A DNA stretch of 42,089 bases, taken from positions 1 through 42,089 of the forward strand of contig JARVGK010000027.1 in the NCBI GenBank assembly GCA_029762535.1. Reading direction: 5' to 3'. Position 1 is the first letter of the stretch; each line of letters opens with the position of its first letter. The notes below the pieces were generated by a model. It saw nothing but the letters and a program-made list of their open reading frames with translations. It was not told the DNA's origin and did not search any database. Below are positions 35,855-42,089 of the stretch, piece by piece. Both the position numbers and the translations under genes were made by a program. This DNA is from Thermoplasmatota archaeon (lineage in GTDB: Archaea > Thermoplasmatota > Penumbrarchaeia > Penumbrarchaeales > Penumbrarchaeaceae).

Positions 35855-38800
35855 ATGAATATTTATAATTATTATATTCAAAAATGGTACATTGGTATGC
35901 TTATAGTTATCTTTTTTAATATATCAATATCCAATTGCCATGTGATATTTTTTAACGAATATAACGAAGACCTCGGAGAAGGAAAGGGAACAAAGGATGA
36001 CCCCTACATCATAAAAGATGTCTGGGGTCTCCAGAACATGAGCGCAAATCTGAGCGCACATTATATTCTTGGAAACGATATCGATGCCTCGACTACTAAT
36101 TATTGGAATGGAGGTCTAGGGTTCTCACCGATAGGAAATTATTCCTCCAGATTCCATGGTTTTTTTGACGGCAAGGGTTACAAGATCAAGTACCTTTTTA
36201 TTAATAGATCAGATATGGATTATGTCGGTTTGATTGGATTCTTGGATAAATCAGGAAATGTAGGAAATTTGTCGTTAGAAGATATTGAAATCCATGGTAG
36301 AAATTATGTGGGGGGATTTATTGGGTCCAATTATGGAGGTAATATTAATCCGTCATCTGTTTCGGGCAAGATATATGGAATCAATTATACAGGAGGTATT
36401 GTGGGTTTTAATGATGCATCGGATCTGTTCTTATCTTACTTCTCAGGTACAATAATTGGAGTTTATAATGTAGGTGGAATAGCGGGAGGAAATACATATG
36501 GTAATCTACTATCATTAGGAACTTATGGAAATATAAGTGCAATGGGGAATATTGGAGGATTGATTGGTGATTCCAGTGTTTATAAAATGACGGATTGTAA
36601 TAGTTTCATGAATATAACAGGTTATACTCAAATCGGGGGCCTTGTCGGTGTCTCGTCAACAAGCATATATAATTCATCTGCCCATGGTAATATTCAGGGA
36701 AACGAGAGAGTAGGAGGCCTTATCGGATTCAACCGGGCGGATTTAGTATATAATTCATATGCAACGAGTAATGTAAATGGTACAATGTTTGTAGGAGGGC
36801 TGATAGGGCAAGGTACCCATGGAACGATTATCAATACGTATTCAAAAGGAAATGTGAAAGGCAATCAATATGTTGGGGGGTTGGTCGGTTTTAGTAGGAA
36901 TAAGGTATCAGAATCGTATTCATTAAGTGAGGTAACAGCTGAGGAGTATGTGGGTGGTTTTATTGGATATTATGATGGTGATTCCATTAAGAATTCGTAT
37001 TCATGGGGGAATATTGTAGGAAATACAATAGTTGGTGGTCTTGTCGGTAATAATGGTAAAGGGAATATAGAATATACACATTCTGCAGGAAAAGTAAAAG
37101 GATCATATCAAGTTGGAGGATTGATTGGTATAAACAGTGGTTATGTAAGAGACAGCTTCTGGGATATCGAAACATCTAGTCAGACCGCAAGTGCAGGAGG
37201 GATCGGAAAGACCACAGAGGAGATGAAGAAGAAGAGCACTTTCACCGATTCGAACTGGGATTTCGAGAACAAATGGTTCATCTTCGAGAATGTGACCTAT
37301 CCTTTATTGAAATGGCAGGAGGCATCACCTCCAATTGCAAATGCCGGCCCGGATCAGGTGGTGGAGGAGGACACTCTTGTAACTTTCGATGGAAGTGCCA
37401 GCCGGGACGACGTGGGGATCTCGAACTACACCTGGATAATGGAGGATCTCACATCCTGGGTGCGGATGTACGGTGTAAATCCGACCCATTATTTCCCGAT
37501 ACCCGGGAATTACACTGTGACATTGCAGGTTACGGATCACTTCGAGAAAAAGGATACTGACACCATGACAGTAACGGTGAGGGATATAACAAGACCTGTG
37601 GCCGACGCCGGTCCGGATAAGTCGGTCGAAGAGGATGCCCTGTTCGTCTTCGACGGCAGGGGGAGTTATGACCCATATTATCCAGGAAGGGAAGATCATC
37701 TGCATGAGGGTATCGCCAATTTCACCTGGACGTTTCGGGACGGCATCGATAATGTTACCCTGTACGGTTCGATCCCGACATATATATTCGGATCGCCTGG
37801 AATATATGCTGCGACCTTGAACGTCACCGATGGTTCCGGCAACCGGGACACCGATGTCGTTAATATAACGGTAAGGGACATCACACCGCCATTTTCGGAT
37901 CCCGGATCGAATCTGACCGTTGATGAAGGTACACTATTGGTATTCGACGGCAGCGGATCGTATGATAATGTCGGGATCATTAACTGGACCTGGAGTTTTT
38001 CCTACGGAAATAAGAATATTGAGATCCATGGCCTCTCATCCTCGTTCACATTTTTCATTCCGGGATATTACATAGTCAAACTGACTGTATCAGATGCCTC
38101 GGGAAATACGAATGAGAATGAGATGTACCTTACGGTAAGGGACATCACCCCACCTGTGGCGAAAGCGGGTGGGGATATGACCGTTCCTGTAGGGGTATCG
38201 GTACTGTTGAATGGATCGCTATCTACCGATAATTGGTCGATCAAGAGTTTTTTCTGGACGTTAACATACGATGACGAGGAGCATATGATCGAAGGAGAAT
38301 ATGGCTCGTTCACTTTTTTGAAAGGAGGAGTTTACGAGGTACTTTTGACCGTGGTCGATCGATTCGACAATGAGGATACGGATAAGATAACGATAACGGT
38401 CGTGGATACCGGAAGGGTGATCGGGATCGTTCTTGATGGGGATTCCGTGCCTGTCGAGGGCGCAACGGTCGAGATCACTGCATCGAACGGATTGAACTAT
38501 ACAACGAAGGCGGGATCCGATGGTTCCTTCTCGATGGAGATATACCAAGGCGCCTTCGATTGGAACATATCCAAGTCAGGATACAGGTCGATATGGGGGT
38601 CATCATTCGTAGATGCGATGGGTGAGGTATTTCTGAACCTTTCCGATGATCCACTGATCAAGGAAGAGATGCCCGTAATTGAGGATAATGGAAATGGTTT
38701 TCCGATTCTGGTTTTGATAATACCTTTGATCCTATTGGTTATAGTGATCATCGGGATCGCATTCATATTGTTGAGGAGGAAGAACAAGAAAATGCCGGAA

Positions 38801-39121
38801 GATGATTTTACTTCGAATAACGGTCTCGAAGGAGTTGAAACGCAGAAAGAAGAGATAACCTATCAACAGCTATACGGGGATCTTCCGGTCGTGGAAGAGG
38901 AACGAATGATGGAAACGGTCCAGGGTATGGAGGGACCAGTTCCGTTTGAAAATGGTCCCGATAATGATAATTTATCATTTGATGGGACTTCTCAGGAACC
39001 GCTGCTCGGGGAGGGATCCGTTGATCTTGATGATATCCTTGAAGATCACAGCTTAAAGGTGATCGATCCCCCGACCGGATCGCCTCCGGGGGATCCCTCT
39101 CCGGATCCGCAAATGGAATGA
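35855..39121 (+). CDS. Surface protein: GLUG-repeat domain, 4 PKD domains, carboxypeptidase-regulatory-like domain, C-terminal TM
   Basis: GKGTKDDPYII, about a dozen VGGLIG/VGGLVG repeats, A.AGPD..FDGS.S.D..YTW PKD repeats, TM ILVLIIPLILLVIVIIGIAFILL-RRK; AGGTGA upstream of ATG 35855. Confidence 0.85.
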   Translation: MNIYNYYIQKWYIGMLIVIFFNISISNCHVIFFNEYNEDLGEGKGTKDDPYIIKDVWGLQNMSANLSAHYILGNDIDASTTNYWNGGLGFSPIGNYSSRFHGFFDGKGYKIKYLFINRSDMDYVGLIGFLDKSGNVGNLSLEDIEIHGRNYVGGFIGSNYGGNINPSSVSGKIYGINYTGGIVGFNDASDLFLSYFSGTIIGVYNVGGIAGGNTYGNLLSLGTYGNISAMGNIGGLIGDSSVYKMTDCNSFMNITGYTQIGGLVGVSSTSIYNSSAHGNIQGNERVGGLIGFNRADLVYNSYATSNVNGTMFVGGLIGQGTHGTIINTYSKGNVKGNQYVGGLVGFSRNKVSESYSLSEVTAEEYVGGFIGYYDGDSIKNSYSWGNIVGNTIVGGLVGNNGKGNIEYTHSAGKVKGSYQVGGLIGINSGYVRDSFWDIETSSQTASAGGIGKTTEEMKKKSTFTDSNWDFENKWFIFENVTYPLLKWQEASPPIANAGPDQVVEEDTLVTFDGSASRDDVGISNYTWIMEDLTSWVRMYGVNPTHYFPIPGNYTVTLQVTDHFEKKDTDTMTVTVRDITRPVADAGPDKSVEEDALFVFDGRGSYDPYYPGREDHLHEGIANFTWTFRDGIDNVTLYGSIPTYIFGSPGIYAATLNVTDGSGNRDTDVVNITVRDITPPFSDPGSNLTVDEGTLLVFDGSGSYDNVGIINWTWSFSYGNKNIEIHGLSSSFTFFIPGYYIVKLTVSDASGNTNENEMYLTVRDITPPVAKAGGDMTVPVGVSVLLNGSLSTDNWSIKSFFWTLTYDDEEHMIEGEYGSFTFLKGGVYEVLLTVVDRFDNEDTDKITITVVDTGRVIGIVLDGDSVPVEGATVEITASNGLNYTTKAGSDGSFSMEIYQGAFDWNISKSGYRSIWGSSFVDAMGEVFLNLSDDPLIKEEMPVIEDNGNGFPILVLIIPLILLVIVIIGIAFILLRRKNKKMPEDDFTSNNGLEGVETQKEEITYQQLYGDLPVVEEERMMETVQGMEGPVPFENGPDNDNLSFDGTSQEPLLGEGSVDLDDILEDHSLKVIDPPTGSPPGDPSPDPQME

Positions 39122-39208
39122 ACTACGAGGGGAACACGTTCACGTCAATTCTCGATACGAAGAAAAGGATATGAAATTTAATAAGGTTGTTCCGATATAG
39201 GTTCGAAT

Positions 39209-42089
39209 ATGACCCACGTCATGTCCAGGATCGGGAGTTGCAGGTTCGCGACAATGGTCCTCGCGTTCATGATGCTCTCCATTCTTCTCGTGGGTATAGA
39301 TCGGGATCCCCTCACCGAGGACGCTCTTGCACTCACCAGCAGAGGTCCTATAATAATCGAGGGGAACTCCCAGCTGGCGAGCCACCCTGCCCTCAGGAGC
39401 GGATCCGGGACATCTGGCGATCCCTACATCTTCTCCGATTATCTCATAGATACCACTTCCTCCAAGGGAGGGGCCATAGCGGTCCGCAACACGACCATGC
39501 CCTACATATTCCGCAACATAACCATCTACACCTCAGCCCCCGCGACGGCGATATCGATCCACGCATTGAATTCAGGCGGCTGGCAGCCGATACAGGGAGC
39601 GTTCATCAACGTGACCGTGATAGGCTCGGGCACACATATGTACCTCCGCCTTGCCAACTATTTCACGGTCAAGGACTGCACGTTCGTCAATGCGGACCCC
39701 TCCGGGGACCTTCTCTCCACAAACTACGCATGGGAGACGGCTTTCCTCAACAACACGTTCAACGCCCCGGACATGAAGCTCAATCTCTATTATGCATATT
39801 ACTTCAGGTTCAGGGAGAACACGGGAAGCATCGGGGATTACTATCAGAATTATTTCAGATATACGGACATAGCGAACAACACCCTGACATTGAAGAACAT
39901 GGACCTCTATTCCGGATTATCCTCCGACCTCCAGGGCAACACCCTGACTTCGAACGCATCCGGCTCGGATCTGGTCCGCCTCACCGACTGCAACAGGATA
40001 AAGATAGCGAACAACACGTTCATCGGCGGTCAGAACTCCCTTTACATATCACATCCGAACGCGTACAACCCGCCTTATAACAACTATCCCCGCACATCAT
40101 CGATCACCATAGAGTACAACACCATACGATCATCTTACACGGGTCTGAAGTTCTACTGGACGACAGGTCACCCATCGATGACTTACTTCTCAATTCACGA
40201 CAACGACTTCCTCAACTGCACCAGTTTCGCGGTGGACCTCTACGGTTCCGGCGGGTCCAAGACCACGGAGATATTCCGAAACCGCTTCATCGGCAATGCG
40301 GGAGCGACCTCCGCACACAACCCCGGAATAAAACAGGCGAGGGACTACTATTTCCAGCTGTCATGGTCGAACTATCAGATGGGCAATCACTGGGGCGACT
40401 GGACGGCCCCGGACGACGACTCCGACGGGTTCGTGGATTCACCCTACCCTCTGTCCGGATGGAGCAATCCGAAGGACAACATGCCTGTGAGCAACCCTTA
40501 CTTCGATTTCGATCCTCCCGAATTCGAGATCATCACTCCCAGGGGCCAGTTCCTTCCCGGGTCCTATGTCAACTTCACATGGGAGGCGAACGATCCCGGA
40601 TCAGGTATGAAGATGGTCAGGATAAGGGAAGGCTTCAACGATTGGATCGATGTCGTCGGGAGGGAACATCACGGGATCATGATCTCCCAGGGACAGCACT
40701 TCTTCCGGTTGAAGGCCGTGGACAACGCCAACCTGACCACCCTCATAGAGATGACCCTTAATCTAAACATGTCCAAAAGCCCTGTCAGATTGATAGAGCC
40801 TTCCCCCTCCAGCTACGTTTCACATAGTGACGTGGAAGTGATCTGGGAGATGGACCCATGGTTCGTGCCCAGGAAAGCGCATATCAACATCGATCTCGGA
40901 CCTCCCATCGATATGGACCCATTCGACGGCTTTTCCACTACACTGAGCGATGGACCGCACAGGATCGACATCACGTTCGAGGACCATTACGGGATCGAGA
41001 TAAAGCAGAGGTCTGATTTCATTGTCGATACCGTTGCCCCTGAGCTCACCATCCTCTACCCCTCGAACGGGGCAGTTCTATCCAACGATCTGGTGCACTT
41101 CATGTGGGAGGCCATCGACTACAGCCCCGTCCTCACCACAACGGTGAGGATCGACTTCGAACCCGCAACAGCAGTGGAAGGATCGTACCACAACAGGTTC
41201 CTGACGAAGGGAACGCATACCTTCGAGGTGGCTGTCGAGGACCTCGCCGGACACAGGACCACGAAGAGCATATCGTTCTCCATCGCGAAGAACACCAGCC
41301 TCTCGATCACCGCTCCCGTTCTCACTCGTCCCACCAATCTGATGGAGCATACGATAAGGTGGGAATACCTATCATATTTCGAGGTTGAGGAACTTACCGT
41401 CTCCGTTACCGGATCCCCTTCCGTACAGATCGACAGGGAGGCCACTCAGCATCAGCTGACGTTCGATAAGAGCGGGCGTTACGTGGTAAAGGTGGTGGCC
41501 GAGGATCCAGCCGGAAATACCATATCCGACGAAGTCGAAATAATAATCGACAGGGATCCGCCAAGGCCCGGGTTCATCGGTATCCCCGATCCGTTCATCA
41601 CGAACACGACCGTCATTCTGCTGAGATGGGGCGCGGTGGAATCCTGGGGCATAGACCACTACGAGCTTTACGTCGATGGCGGTCGGGTCGGACCCAACAT
41701 TGTCGCCGACAGATACAGCATCACCCTGTCGGAGGGGGATCACGAGGTGGCTCTGATCGCATACGACATGGCGGGTAACAGCGGCTCATCAAATGTCCGG
41801 ATAGTAGTGGACCTGACCCCGCCACATGTTGAAGTGACATCTCCTCTTTCGAAGGTCCTATCCTCGGAGGAGGTCGATGTGGGGATCGACGCATTCGACC
41901 TAAATGGGATCTCCCTGATGAACATCACCATTTGGAACTCCTTAGGGACCAGGTACATCGAGATCGATCCGGTCGATTCCTACCGGATGAAGTTCGTCGA
42001 AGGCATCAACACCGTTACGATCGTGGTCTACGACAATGCAGGCCACAAGGGTTCGGTCGTTGCCGAATACCATGTGGACCTATTCCCTC
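39209..42089 (+). CDS. Large surface protein (beta-helix N-terminus + tandem Ig-like repeats), 3'-truncated by the window edge; absent from the supplied ORF track
   Basis: Translated by eye: MTHVMSRIGSCRFATMVLAFMMLSILLVG..SGSGTSGDPYIF..GNHWGDW..D..PP/AVDNAN/AEDPAGN/AYDMAGN Ig repeats; start and end lie in the same frame. Confidence 0.8.
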   Translation, partial: MTHVMSRIGSCRFATMVLAFMMLSILLVGIDRDPLTEDALALTSRGPIIIEGNSQLASHPALRSGSGTSGDPYIFSDYLIDTTSSKGGAIAVRNTTMPYIFRNITIYTSAPATAISIHALNSGGWQPIQGAFINVTVIGSGTHMYLRLANYFTVKDCTFVNADPSGDLLSTNYAWETAFLNNTFNAPDMKLNLYYAYYFRFRENTGSIGDYYQNYFRYTDIANNTLTLKNMDLYSGLSSDLQGNTLTSNASGSDLVRLTDCNRIKIANNTFIGGQNSLYISHPNAYNPPYNNYPRTSSITIEYNTIRSSYTGLKFYWTTGHPSMTYFSIHDNDFLNCTSFAVDLYGSGGSKTTEIFRNRFIGNAGATSAHNPGIKQARDYYFQLSWSNYQMGNHWGDWTAPDDDSDGFVDSPYPLSGWSNPKDNMPVSNPYFDFDPPEFEIITPRGQFLPGSYVNFTWEANDPGSGMKMVRIREGFNDWIDVVGREHHGIMISQGQHFFRLKAVDNANLTTLIEMTLNLNMSKSPVRLIEPSPSSYVSHSDVEVIWEMDPWFVPRKAHINIDLGPPIDMDPFDGFSTTLSDGPHRIDITFEDHYGIEIKQRSDFIVDTVAPELTILYPSNGAVLSNDLVHFMWEAIDYSPVLTTTVRIDFEPATAVEGSYHNRFLTKGTHTFEVAVEDLAGHRTTKSISFSIAKNTSLSITAPVLTRPTNLMEHTIRWEYLSYFEVEELTVSVTGSPSVQIDREATQHQLTFDKSGRYVVKVVAEDPAGNTISDEVEIIIDRDPPRPGFIGIPDPFITNTTVILLRWGAVESWGIDHYELYVDGGRVGPNIVADRYSITLSEGDHEVALIAYDMAGNSGSSNVRIVVDLTPPHVEVTSPLSKVLSSEEVDVGIDAFDLNGISLMNITIWNSLGTRYIEIDPVDSYRMKFVEGINTVTIVVYDNAGHKGSVVAEYHVDLFP

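Noticed and set aside
35566-35868. 100-aa ORF in the very AT-rich spacer
   Set aside because: Low-complexity Ile/Lys/Asn/Tyr composition, no motif; cannot be supported as a gene, though not excluded
39187-41958. Track ORFs 39187-40080, 40363-40761 and later short ORFs
   Set aside because: Off-frame or antisense to the long surface-protein frame starting at 39209, which the track missed because it has no stop inside the window
33496-42089. Diversity-generating retroelement acting on the surface proteins
   Set aside because: No reverse transcriptase and no TR/VR pair differing at adenines was seen

Overview
Archaeal chromosomal segment, most consistent with an uncultured Thermoplasmatota lineage (aIF2-gamma/eS6/PIN operon, topoisomerase VI A+B, DUF835-type regulator, gingipain-like C25 peptidase, large membrane-anchored surface proteins); the taxonomy is inference. 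From left to right: (1) a bacterial-style two-component cluster (hybrid histidine kinase, HPt, receivers, and a tandem pair of GAF kinases of which one has lost its catalytic motifs) interrupted by a tRNA-Thr(CGT); (2) directly downstream of that tRNA, a ~620-bp non-coding array of duplicated hairpin modules interleaved with fragments of the tRNA 3' end in both orientations, which is the most unexplained element in the window; (3) housekeeping and surface-protein genes; (4) an intact, translationally coupled CarA/CarB-derived pair that has lost its catalytic residues, followed by ubiX, a DEDD exonuclease and an MscS fusion; (5) top6A/B and a radical SAM gene; (6) a complete IS110-family element with 19-bp sub-terminal inverted repeats and a candidate bridge RNA whose loops partly match the reconstructed target and donor sites; (7) a lower-GC island of beta-helix/GLUG/PKD surface proteins, followed by another surface protein that runs off the window end. 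All calls were made by eye from sequence motifs; no database searches were run.
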